Below are positions 52,779-64,000 of a stretch of 64,000 nucleotides of DNA, one piece after another. Below the pieces are notes generated by a model, which worked only from the letters and a program-made list of their open reading frames with translations, ran no database searches and had not been told where the DNA came from. Made by a program: the position numbers and the translations under genes. The DNA comes from Camelus ferus (lineage: Eukaryota): assembly GCF_009834535.1 (NCBI RefSeq), contig NC_045697.1, forward strand, positions 49,540,001 to 49,604,000, written 5' to 3'. Each line of letters starts with the position of its first letter. Position 1 is the stretch's first letter.

Positions 52779-53864
52779 ACCTACCTGTGTCAGGCTTCAT
52801 AGTCTCATCTGTGCTTTTTTCAGTGAATCTATTCCATTCTATTCTCCTTGAACCCTGCTTTCTCTGCCGACCTGCGGCCTCTCTGCTGCCAAGCTTGCAA
52901 GTGACCTTGGCCACTGCCTGGACCCCAGACCAAACTCAACATAACCTCACAGCTCCCCTTCCCATAACTGACTCTGGGAATCTGACTGGTTAAGCTTGGG
53001 TCAGGTGTCCATTCTGGTCCAGTGAAGAGCTGTACTAAATAAATGTCGCCTCGTTATTGTTGCCTATGTTCTCCTTTATCTTGGCTTACAGAGTGGAAGG
53101 CGGATGGGAAGACAGGAGATTTGATGTATCCTGTTGTGACAACCCTTTGGAATATTCAGTTTTACCTGAGTGTGATGGTAGTGTTATTTCCTAACAAGAA
53201 CCATTACTACCACCAGTTTCTTATGCTAAGCACTTTATGTGTATTGTCTCCATTAACTATCTCAGCCTCCTTAACTTTCATCCCCATTCTATGAAAGGAA
53301 ACTACTGAAGGAGAAATGTTAAGTAACCTGCCAAGGTCACAAAGCTCAACTACTGGGATTTGATCTGAGATTTTTCTGACTGTGGAGGCTGTGCCCACTC
53401 CTGATTGTCCACATCTACCTCTGGGCATGTCATTGGCTACTGCTGACAACTGCCATAGCTTAACCCTGGTCCTTCCCCTAGGTAAGCTCTCCCACTTTGG
53501 AGAAGTAGGTAATCTGTGAGAAGGGGAATTCTAACCAGTGGGTTACAGAGGTCCGCCCAGTAACAGTGTTTCCCAGTTGTTTCCAGCCTGAGACAAACCT
53601 GCGATCTCGCCAGAACAGATGTAGACAAGAAGAGACTGCACTTTTGGCTTCTCGTGTTGAGTCATCCACCAACTTAAGAAGTGGTCCGAACACACACTAC
53701 ACTTGACCATTTATATAAGCTTTCATTAATATTCAGTAATGGCTTAGTGCTTAGTACCTGGCACAGTACCTGGTATGTGGTGGGATGTTCAATAAACTTT
53801 TTGTTTCCATCAACTGAAATTGAATACAATTGAAGCCAAGGGTCATCAGAGCTGGTTTGTTATT

Positions 53865-54310
53865 ACCTAAGGGTCTTACTCCATTTGAGCCACTGTAACA
53901 GAATACCATAGACTGGGTGACTTAAAAACAACAGAAATTTATTTCCCCCAATTCTAGAAACTGGAGGCCCAAGATCAAGCCACCAGGTAGATTCCTTGTC
54001 TGATGAGGACGTCCTTCCTGGTTCATAGACTTTCATCTTTTTGCTGTGTCCTCACATGGCAGAAGGGACAAGGGAAATTTCTTGGGCCTCTTTTCTGACT
54101 GAGGGCCCTAATCCCATATGGAGCCCTCATGATCTCATCACCTCCCAAAGGCCCTACCTAAAGTGCCATCACACTGGGGGTTAGGGTTTTAAGCTAAGAA
54201 TTTGTGGGGGATTTGACACAACATTGTAAAATGATTATAAATCAATAAAAAATGTTACAAAAAAAAAAAAGAATTTGTGGGGGGACACAAATATTCAAAC
54301 TCTAGCACCA
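53865..54310 (-). mobile_element. MaLR LTR (MLT1A-like) interrupted by an L1 tail
   Basis: gtaacagaataccatagactgggtgactta; cacctcccaaaggccc; ggggacacaaatattcaaactctagca. Confidence 0.87.
54211..54268 (+). mobile_element. 58-nt 5'-truncated young L1 tail
   Basis: Matches the 3' end of the L1 at 34065-34116. Perfect 15-bp TSD aagaatttgtggggg. Confidence 0.88.
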
Positions 54311-56597
54311 AGCTGGAGTTGAAAGTGAGTTAATGGAATTGAAAGGAATCATGATGAACAGGTTAGCGACCTTTTAAATAGATGATTCTATAAAAAAGAC
54401 ACTTTTTAAGTAAAAATGAGCCGCAGAATTTCAGATTTTACACTTGAAGAAGATCCCAGTGGAGAGGATCAACTAGATCATATTATTGTGTCCCCCAGGA
54501 TGTCCCTTTTCGGGTCTCTCACAAATTACTGCTGCTTCCAGCATGTTGGCCCCTAGGAGGCACTGTTTCCCTTCCCAGGCAGTTGGCCTGTCACTGGCTG
54601 TGAATCAGGTCTGCAGCTGAGCCTAACTAAAGCTGGGTTCTGTCTGCTGGGACATAACCACAAGGAAATAAACGCCAAGAGTGAGAGTGATGCCAGTCTT
54701 TATAATCTGGTTTATAAGGAGAGAGTATTGATTGTCATTTTGCAGCTCACTGGGCATCCTGTCTTCCTAGCTCTTGGATTATTGATGCAGATTGAGCCCT
54801 CTTTATCTCCAACATCCAGGAATCATTTCCCAGGGTTGGTGCTAGGGCTGGGCAGAACAAAATACAAGGTTCCCTCACAGAGTCAAGTCTAGTGGGGGAA
54901 AGACAGAGCAAGGGAGATGTCCTGACGGCCTTTCTTAGGCCCACCCTCACAGTGCCTAGTCTTCTGGTTTGGAATTGAGGATACTTCCCTTCAGACAACA
55001 CCTGTCCCCAGCAGGGAGTAGCCATTCCAGCACTCAGCATAGTCCTAACTCACTTTGTCAATTCACATACTTGATAATAGAGGGTCTGTTTGTTACATAT
55101 GCATTTGCATTTACTGTGAATAAATTTCTATTTTATGTATACATTGACCTCAAGCAGCTGTTAATGGTAACAGCTAAGAAAACCAATTAGCTAATTCATT
55201 CAATTGGGATTATGTTTACATTTTTATTCTCAAGATTTATCCTCCAGATTCAGTATTTAATATTGAATGGTAGATTATTTCATTAAATCCAACTCTGCTC
55301 TGAATAAATGCCATAAAAGTTGAAAGATACAAGTTTATTTTAATTTTATAAAATTTATATTTGGCAAGCTGCTAAAATTTCAGGCCATTTTACAGCCACT
55401 CTGCAAAGTGACCTTTAGTAATAGTCATATGTACAATAACTATGATGGTGAAGCAATGTTAAATAATAAAATTTTACATTTTCCAAAAAAAAAATTTTTA
55501 TATTTGGCAAGACGAGGGCCAATCAACATTTTTCTAAACTGAGTTGTTATATCCTAGGACTCTAATGAAGCTTACCAATAATGATCCTTTATAGAAGAAA
55601 CGTGAATGGTACCCTCATTCATCAATTTGATGCTTATCTGAAATGTTGTAGATGTTATCTCAGGTCAGTTCCTTCACCCTAACCTGGTTGGTTGTGAATG
55701 TGCAGGGCTGAAGAGTCAGATCACGCACATATCTGTCTTTTACTACGCTCTTCTCCCGTGGAACACATTTCCACTGATAAACTTGGTTATTTACGCTTTT
55801 ACATTTCCCTTTTGCTGATGAAGTTGTTAGCTGTCAGTTCCCACTGCTGTGCAGAATAGTCCACTCTGATTTGCTACTTGTGGTCTGATGCGGACCTTTA
55901 GTAGTTGGCTCCTTCACTCAGCATGCACTGTGTTCCAGGCATTGTTCTAAGGACTTTGCCTGCTTTAGCTAATAGAATCCTCCTAACCATGGTTAGGAGG
56001 GCACCTTACTGTTATTATATCCATCCTGTAATTATTTGGCCAAAGTCATACAGCCATCAAGAGGCACAGCTTGGGATTCAAACCCAGTAGGGCTGCAGAG
56101 TCTACACTACACAAGAATATATAATATATAATACTGCCTCAATATCCAGGGGTATTAGAATAGCTTCAAGTTCAAGAGGAAGTAGGATCTTAGAGTTTTC
56201 AAAGGACTCACCTGTGAATTATATCTCGTAACATATATAAACTCTCTGAGACTGTTTCCTCATATATAAAATGGCAATAATAATAGAACTGGCCTGATAG
56301 GACTACTGTGAGGATTAAATGAGTGGTGTGTGTGTATTTATGTACATATGTGTATATACGTGTGTGTATAAGTAAAGACTCTTAAACAGGACCTGACACG
56401 TAGCAAGTACTCATTATTCTAAGCACTATTTCTGTGCTCAATAATAGCTTCTATTACTATGTGATAGCTTCTATTACTATGATCTATGAGTTTCAAGGAC
56501 AGTAAGACTTTCTGATATCTAATGGTCTAGATACTGAGAAGCCCTCCCACTCATTCCTCCATGGCCCTCTTCCACAGCTCCTGCCCCACTACCCACT

Positions 56598-56692
56598 CTT
56601 TTTTTTTTTTTTTAATGGAGGCACTGGGAAGTGAACCCAGGAGCCTGAGCATGCTAAGCATGTGCTCTACCACTGAGCTATACTCTCTCCCC
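56598..56692 (-). mobile_element. tRNA-derived SINE (Vic-1-like)
   Basis: Poly(T) then aatggaggcactggg...ctctaccactgagctatac. Confidence 0.88.
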
Positions 56693-57338
56693 TGCCAGGT
56701 GCTCCCTGCCCATTCTTAAGGACATTGCCAGTGCTCAGGTGGGAGCTCTTTTAAGTGGCTGTAGAACCTTTCCTGGGTTCCGGGGCTCTCCACTCCTTAG
56801 CCTCAGAGCCTCGTCCACCCCCACTCTCCTTTTTTCCCAGCTGGCATCCCCCATCCTCAGCTCTTTCTCAGGGGACTCCTCTCCCCAGGTCCACTGCTGG
56901 GTGCGGAGTATTCTCTGGTGGTCCTGATCAGCCCAGGCCTTTTGTTTTCTAAATAGCTAATCATTGCTGAGGACAGACTGGAAACTAGCAGCAGGTGACT
57001 TTGGAGCTAGTCTATAATCCTGACTTCTGTTGAAATGGTAAACTGGAATCCCCTTCAGGTTCTGCCTGGGTCCTTTTACTTTTGAGAATTAAATGGATTT
57101 ACTTTAGGCCTCTTGTTTTCTCTGGCTGGGCCTTTACCTCCCAGGTAGCCTGCAGGTGCAGCCCAGACAGTTGTAGGTGTTCTCTTTCCTCAGGTTCCTT
57201 AAATTTGCATCTTTAAGGAACTCCAGGTGGGGACCTCAGGCAGTTAAATGTACCCTCCCTTCCCTGGGGATTATCCCCTCTGTGCATTTCCTCCCTAAAT
57301 TGGGCACTGAGTTTAGGAGATCTCTGGGCAGGGCTAGC

Positions 57339-57375
<37 letters not shown>

Positions 57376-57964
57376 AAAATTAAAAATTAATGGGAAAATT
57401 AAGGGGCTACGCTGTTTGCGTAAGATCCAAAATATATTTATCAAGAGAAGTATTTACTGTGAGATAGACAAGAGACATTGCCATAAAATGAAACTATATT
57501 TAGGTTAAAAACTTTTTTTTTAAATTCAACTCATAGTAAGAAAATGAAATGACCTTGAAAAATCTTATGAATCAAATGAATAGCGAAAGGGAAGGGAGTT
57601 ATGAATGAAAGGTAAATTATTATGCCAGCTGCCTTAGATGTTAAAGGCATGCCTTGCCTTCTGTCTTCCTTCTGGCTCCTCCTTTGTTCTTACTGGAGCC
57701 TGTGTGATATTTTTAAGAAAACCTCATCTGGTTTGTCTCTTGTCTAACATACCTCGTACTTCCCCATTGCCTTCAGGGTAAAATACAAAATGCTTGATTT
57801 ATACATGTCCTTCAGGCTTCAAATTTACCCCGTTGCCCTCTGACTCCCAACGTCCCAAACCTCTCTATTCTGATCTCCAGGAGTTTGCCCCTACTTACCC
57901 TCCCGCTGGACCACTTCCCATCCACAAAGTTGGCACCTGCTCGCTTTCAGTTTCTGTCCCTCAT

Positions 57965-58024
57965 CGTCCCCCCCAAATCCGGTGCTGCCATACGTCCCCC
58001 CCCCCAATCCGGTGCTGCCATACG
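57965..58024. repeat. Two-copy 28-30-bp tandem duplication
   Basis: cgt(c)n-aatccggtgctgccata occurs twice. Confidence 0.9.
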
Positions 58025-59079
58025 CTTCTCCCATAGATTTTGCTACACTGTGTTAAACTCCCCCGCTGGCTCATCTGTATGTGCAGTTCTGCAGACCTCA
58101 GTCTACAGGAGGCCAAGGACCTAGTTTTGTCTGCTTCACAGGCCTCCATGCAGGTTGGTGTTTGACCCCTGTAGACACTTAGTAAACTGTTCTTTAATGA
58201 AAGGATGGCAGTGGGTGGGGGGAGGGTACCGGTGGAAGTTGCGCAGTTGGTAAGTGTTGTGATGGGAGGACTGGGCGGGTGGAGTCTCGCGTGTGATAGG
58301 CCGCTCCCTCACACCCTGTCAGGCTGCTGAGTCCTGGCAGAGCCTAGTCATCACAACTGGTCCAGACATCGCTTGGAACCCTGGCTTCCGCTGACTGAAC
58401 CTTGCCCCAACCTTAAGTTTGTTCATTTGTTAATGTGTAAGAAGAAATGTTAGCTGTCGGGAGGGAGAGACCCCTTGTCAGCAGTCTTTCTCCCCACAGG
58501 AAGTTACAGGGAAGCCAGATTACAATCAGAAGGTTGCTTGTGGGTGCCTCCTTCCTTCCTTCCTTCAGTAAGCGTTTACTTATTAAGGGCCTACTCAGTG
58601 TGGGAACAGAAGCATAAGTGAGTGACTTTAAGGCCTGTCCTTCGGCTGAAGAAACTTAGGAGACTGTTCTGCCTGTGATGGGGTCATTACCTAGTGTTGT
58701 GGCCCTCGCCCTGAATATTGCAGGAATCACCCCAAGATTGGGCCCTGGTCTCTTTTCTTTTATCCTTTAAAGATTGACCAACTAACCTCTTTGACTCCCG
58801 TTTACACGTTCAGCCTGGTTATGTTCAGGTTTACCACATGGAAGCATTTAGAAGTCTCTTATGGGCCAATGACATACTGTATCTGATGTCAATCCTACTT
58901 CCAAACTCCAGGGTGGGCTGGTAGGCAGGGGTGTCCAGGGCAGTAATCACCTTGCTTGTGGCTCCCAAATACAGTTCTGCTGATATAACCATAAATAATG
59001 CTTACTCTTACAGCAGGGCCCGTATGGAGATTTAAAATTCAATATTTGCAAAGAAATACTGGAAATACTTGATCATAAC

Positions 59080-59725
59080 GTTGTCAGGGAGAAAGAATTG
59101 CTCTGCTCTCTTAGGTTCAGTTCTTGGGGGCCTGACAGGACAGATTAGCAAGAGAAAAAGATGAAATTTAATCACATATTTTTATTAAGGTATGTACAAG
59201 AGTTCACAGAAAATGTGAGGGGGCAGTTAGAGTTTGGGGCTTATTTACCATTTTTTTTAAGTTCATGTAATTTATTTAATATGGTTATAGAGGCCAGATA
59301 GCAGGATGAGTAAAGAGATTTAAGTACCTCTATACTGTCTTAATAGAGGAAAGGGAAGGGGAGAAAGGCACTTAGAGGAAAACAAAAGACTTCTTAATAA
59401 GGGAAGGAGAGGGGAAGAAAAGGCATGTATGGAGAAACAGATGAGTTTTTAGAAAGGCAAAAACTAAGGAGTATAGATGAGAGGCCTAAGGAGTATAAAT
59501 GAGAGATATTGTGATAGTTTTTGTGACAGTGCCTGCCTAGGTGTGATGTGGAGACTTCGCAAGATCTCTGGTGACAAGAGTCTTTCCTGGTTGATTTCTG
59601 ACAATTGGATTCTTTGAGTTCTTTTGGGAGGTTCTGCTTTTAGGCAGATAAGAGATTTCAGGAACTCAAATGCCTTCTGCTCAGGATAATTTTTGTGCCA
59701 CAGTTACATATTTTGGACCCTTTCA
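59080..59725 (-). mobile_element. Probable ERV1-class solo LTR
   Basis: TG...CA-like termini (tgtcagggag ... ggaccctttca), recalled LTR motifs (gacagattagcaagagaaaa; aatgccttctgctca). No clear TSD. Confidence 0.6.
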
Positions 59726-61299
59726 TGGTCTATCTTTTTACTCCAGAGTATTCCAGTGTATAGAAGATAATTGGATGAAATTGTTCTCTAAAATTATATC
59801 AGTATTTGTATTTGAGCCCAGAAACCTTCAAACAAGTGGCTGGAATATAAAACAAATAAAAACAAACATAGTGACTAGGATACTATTTACTGATCCAGAT
59901 GATACTGTTGTTCCAAGTGTAAAATACTGCTTACTCAACAAGAGTCATTTTAGCAAATTAAGGGGGATAAGAAAAAGATTTTATCAAACCAAATAGTTTA
60001 AAATTATTAGTACAATTTTATTTAATCTTTTCCTGCTTTTAAGGATGGCATTATTAAACTCTAATAGTGTATTCTCTGCATGCTTTTGTCTTTTTTTGAC
60101 AATAAAAAATAATTTCATTATTTCAAGGAATATTTATTGTACCAGCCCTATTCTTTTTGCTGGGAATTTTGTTTTATGCCTGATTTTGTGATATGCAAAG
60201 ATGGACAAGGAAATTAAACTCAGGATTAAAAAGGCCGAGTTCTTGCTACCCCAAGGGAAAAGAAGCAAATGAAAACTTTAAGGAAGTAGCCATCAGATGA
60301 GAAAAGGAAAAACCAGGGGTGTAGGCCTAGCAGTCTTAACTCTTGAAAGGTTAGAGTTGGTAAATTATGGCCAAAGCCGGAGAAAAGGTTTGATACCTGC
60401 GTAACAGTGAGCAGAACTTATCTTTTTGGGAAGTAGGACACAGAAGAATAAATATCCTTGATACCTATTGGGTTGACAGAATGACTCATCTCTTTGGATG
60501 CTAGGAAGTGAAAGAGTAATGAGACTTTCTAGAATAGTGGTGCCAGGTTAGAGAACTTTGACCTGAGCTACAAAGGGTGAAGTAGAGAATAGAGGGTTGA
60601 TGAGATAAGCTGCTGTACAAATAATATGCTTTCTAATCAGTTGTCATGTAATATATGCTTTCCATACATTTTCTAATTTAATTCTTAAAACAATCCCATA
60701 AAGTACTAGTATTATTTTGACTTTACAGAAAAGGAAACAAATTTTGTAACTATTCTTTTATTGATGGACATTTAAGTTATTTCCTATTTTTTTCAATGCT
60801 GAATTAAACACTCATATCATATGTCCTTAAGTACTTCTGTTTTTACTTATGTTGATTCCTTTGCATATTTTAATGAACAAGATTACTTTCCATATTTGCT
60901 ACGCTTATAACTAGAAAAAACACACACGAAAACCTGGAAGGAAATAAAAGTGCTAACAACATTATTTGTATTTGATGGTGTAATTATGGCTGACTTATTT
61001 TCGTTTCCCATTTTCTACATTTTTGTGTTGAGCTTGTATTACTTAAAATGAAACTAATGAGTGAACTTATTAATAAATGATATGATACAGCTTAGGGAAA
61101 TATTCATGAAATCTTTCCTAAAAGCAGTAACTACAAGAGAAAACATTATCTTAATGGAAGCCATGACACAGAGATAAAATCTGAAATATAATTAGTTTCA
61201 AAATCAATATATTATGTTGTGGTTCATAAACAAATTGGAATCAAATCTTATAAACACTTTAGAAGACATGCAAACAGGGCCAGTATTATAGGAGGCTCA

Positions 61300-62035
61300 C
61301 TGGGTGGTCCAATTTACAGAAAACAAGAAAGGACAGTTGGAGAGCCAGGCTGAAGCAATGAATAGGAAGGGCCCAGCCTTCAGAGGCAGCTGCTGACTGA
61401 TGTGTGGTTTTTAACAAGTGTTCTCTTCTGTAAATGGAAATGATGATTCCCACCGTGTAGATCTGTGCTGAGAATGGAGGCAATTGGAATGGGCTCAGAA
61501 AGGGTGGAAGAAGAATTAGAGACAGCAAATATAGAAAACATTTTGAGGCATTTTACTCTAAGGAGAAGCAGAGAAATGGGATGGTAGCTAGAGGGGAATG
61601 TGGGGGAAGTTAGTTATTGTTTTAAAGCCTGTTTATCTGCTCATGGTAATGAGCCAGTAGAGAGAAAACTGCACGAGTGATGTTTTTGAGTAGGTGAGAG
61701 GTGAGGATTGGCTCTAGGTGGGAACACAGTGTGTGGAAAGCAGCAGGTGGGATGGAGGAGTGGGTGGGTGCAGGTGCTGGCACGGGAGAGGTGGGAGAGT
61801 GTGAAAGTTTCTTCGTTGCTCTTGACCGTTGTGGGATTAAGTCCCTCAAGCAAACGGCACCAGCAAAGGGAATGCACTGGGAGGTTAAGTGCGGAGAAGC
61901 TGTCGGGTGACGTGAGGAGAGCAGAGGAGCTGTGACATACTTGTCTGGGGGAGCAAATTGAAAGGAAATGTTGCATAATTGCGGTGGCGGTGGAGGTAGG
62001 GTCACCGAGGGCCAGGGCCCACTGAAAGTCAGTTG
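61300..62035 (-). mobile_element. L2 remnant
   Basis: Purine-rich text aattagagacagcaaatataga; agaaatgggatggtagctagaggg. Confidence 0.55.
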
Positions 62036-62074
62036 GCAAGAATTTAAAGTGAGATCAGCCGGCTTTGTTGTGTG

Positions 62075-62480
62075 TTTTCCTCCAGGCAAAAGTCAAGGTG
62101 TCAGCCGGGCTGCTTCCTTCTGGAGGCTGTAGGGGAGAATCGGTTATTTTTTTGCCAGTATCTACAGGCCACTTGCACTTCTTGGCTCAAGGCCCCTTCC
62201 TCCGTCTTCAAAGCCAGCAACATAGCATCGCTGAGTCTCCTTTACTGACTCTGCTTCCTTTGTCACAATGCCTTCTCTCTAATGGAGACCCTTCTGCCTC
62301 CCTCTCTTGAGGACCCTTGTGATTATTTGGGGCTCACCTGGATAATCCAGGACCATCTCCCCATCCCCACATCTTTAATTGCATCTGCAAAGTCCCTTTT
62401 TACCATGTAAAGTAACATATTCACAGGTCTGCAGGATTACGACATGAACATCCTTGGGGGTCCATTATGCTGTCTCCCAT
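62075..62480 (-). mobile_element. MaLR LTR (MLT1D-like)
   Basis: tcaaggtgtcagc; ggacccttgtgatta; gcatctgcaaagtccctttt. Confidence 0.85.
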
Positions 62481-63899
62481 AATTAGTGAAGTGGAATATG
62501 TTTTCATATGATGATTAGCTTTTTGTCTTCCTTCTTTTGTGAATTGCCCATTCCTGACGTTTTTTTTTTTTTTTTTCTATTAGCTGTTGGTCTTTAGAAT
62601 TCATTTGTAAGAACTCCTCTCTTAGGGATATAAACCCTAACAGTGCAGCATTTTGCATATTTCTCCCCCAGTTATTGCTTGCTTTTCAATTTTGTTTACA
62701 AGATATTATCTAACTTACCAAAGTATGTTATGTTTTTATATTGTGGGAAATGTCAAACAAATAAAAGTAGAGAGATTTGTATATTTAATCTCCACATATT
62801 TATCACCAGGCTTAAGTAATTATCAACTCAAAGCTGATCTTACTTTATCTATACTCTTACATACTTTCCTAAACTATTTATTATTTTGAAGCAAATACCA
62901 GGCATCGTATCATTTCATCCATAATATTTCAGCAAAATACATTAATTTTATGATTTAAATTTTCTTAAATTATTTTCTCTGAGGTTTCTGTTTTTGGTGT
63001 GAGATACAAAAAAAGCCCAGTTTACTTATCTTTTTAAAGGGGATGGAAATAAAGTCTGAATATAAGTTTTTGTACCTTTTTAAGGAAGTCACATTTCTTT
63101 TTTAACTTGTTTTTATTAGGAATGATCATTTTCTGACTGCTCAACAAGTATATTTGAGCACCTACCATGGAAAATGCCATGAATTCAACTTCATGTTATG
63201 CTTTGCGTGCATGTAAACAGTGAACTGTGTAAAAGGATTACAATTATAAAATTAGCAGCCTGCCCATTGATGTCCGCACTCCTGATTTAGTCCTCTTTCC
63301 ATGACGACACTGATGATTGGGAACAAGTGCTAAAAGGCTGGCAATTGTCTGCTAGCATCATTTACACTTTTCAGTGTTTTTTTGCCAAGGCCACTGGGTA
63401 CTGGGAAGTGAAAACAAATGCGAAAATGAGAGGAAGACCATATTCCCTTCTTCAAGTCAGTCTACTGACTTGATAGTAGATACCCTCTCCCTGCTGTCAA
63501 AGGGATAAGCCCCACAGTCCTTTGTTTAACACAGCCCATACTGTGATGGACTGTTGGCAATCACAGATGGAATCAGAAAGCCATTGGCTTCCACGTCAGA
63601 AAAGAAATATAACAAGTACAGTTATTAGTTAGGACTGGGTAAGAATAGGTGATCCAGGTGATATCTACAGTTCCAGACATAAAAGGGGGTGGCTGGGCAG
63701 GAGTTCAGGGTATGCTTGTCATAGCCTAGCAGCTCCACAGCCAAAACAACACAACTCAAATCTGACTACCATAAATACCAACTGATTTGTTTGGCAGCCT
63801 CTGACTTTCCTACTCTTAACTCCTTGCAATCTGGTTTCCACCCCTTTCTGTGAAAATTCTTCAAAAGAAGAATCCTGGACACTATTTCAGTCTCTGTCC

Positions 63900-64000
63900 T
63901 TTCTTTTTTTTTTTAAATTGAAGTACAGTTGATTTACAATGTTTCAGGTGTGCAGCAAAGTGCTATGCAGTAGGTCCTTTTTGGTTATCTATTTTATATG
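63900..64000 (-). mobile_element. L1 3' end, runs off the window
   Basis: Poly(T) then aaattgaagtacagttgatttacaatgtt. Confidence 0.75.

Noticed and set aside
53450..55900. Scattered AP-1 (TGAGTCA at about 53658), kB-like and GATA motifs
   Set aside because: Short motifs at near-chance frequency with no independent support from the sequence alone.
56444..56481. 18-bp direct repeat with a 20-bp period (similar case at about 51352-51395)
   Set aside because: Ordinary two-copy slippage duplications with no spacer array; not CRISPR-like.
6777..56692. tRNA-like sequences with A and B boxes
   Set aside because: They carry A-rich tails and TSDs and lack an intact cloverleaf, so they are SINEs rather than tRNA genes.
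57342..57373. 32-nt poly(A) suggesting a processed pseudogene
   Set aside because: No upstream AATAAA, recognisable ORF or convincing TSD.
61622..62089. 155-aa and 132-aa minus-strand ORFs
   Set aside because: Pro/Ser/His-rich translations of a decayed L2-like C-rich strand.

Overview
Mammalian genomic DNA, most likely camelid (inferred from about ten copies of a tRNA-derived SINE resembling Vic-1 and matching young L1 3' ends). Bases 1-39,900 hold the 5' part of USO1 (p115 Golgi vesicle tether) on the minus strand. Nine GT-AG coding exons (66, 87, 65, 77, 101, 103, 56, 121 and 179 nt) join in frame to give residues 1-285, and the gene continues off the left edge. A CpG-island promoter lies at about 39.15-40.4 kb. 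The remaining 24 kb is repeat-rich non-coding DNA (L1, L2, MIR, MaLR/ERV LTRs, SINEs) with no supportable protein-coding gene. I found no convincing new multi-gene system. The best leads are: a 12-nt in-frame microexon (DDVE) plus a NAGNAG acceptor that together tune an acidic loop; two helically phased ACGTGGC (GASE-like) elements beside an NRF1 site; a strong divergent splice donor suggesting a bidirectional promoter; an apparent Arg73Cys change at a split codon; and several odd retrotransposition products. Repeat family names come from recalled consensus sequences, not from a search, and repeat boundaries are approximate.
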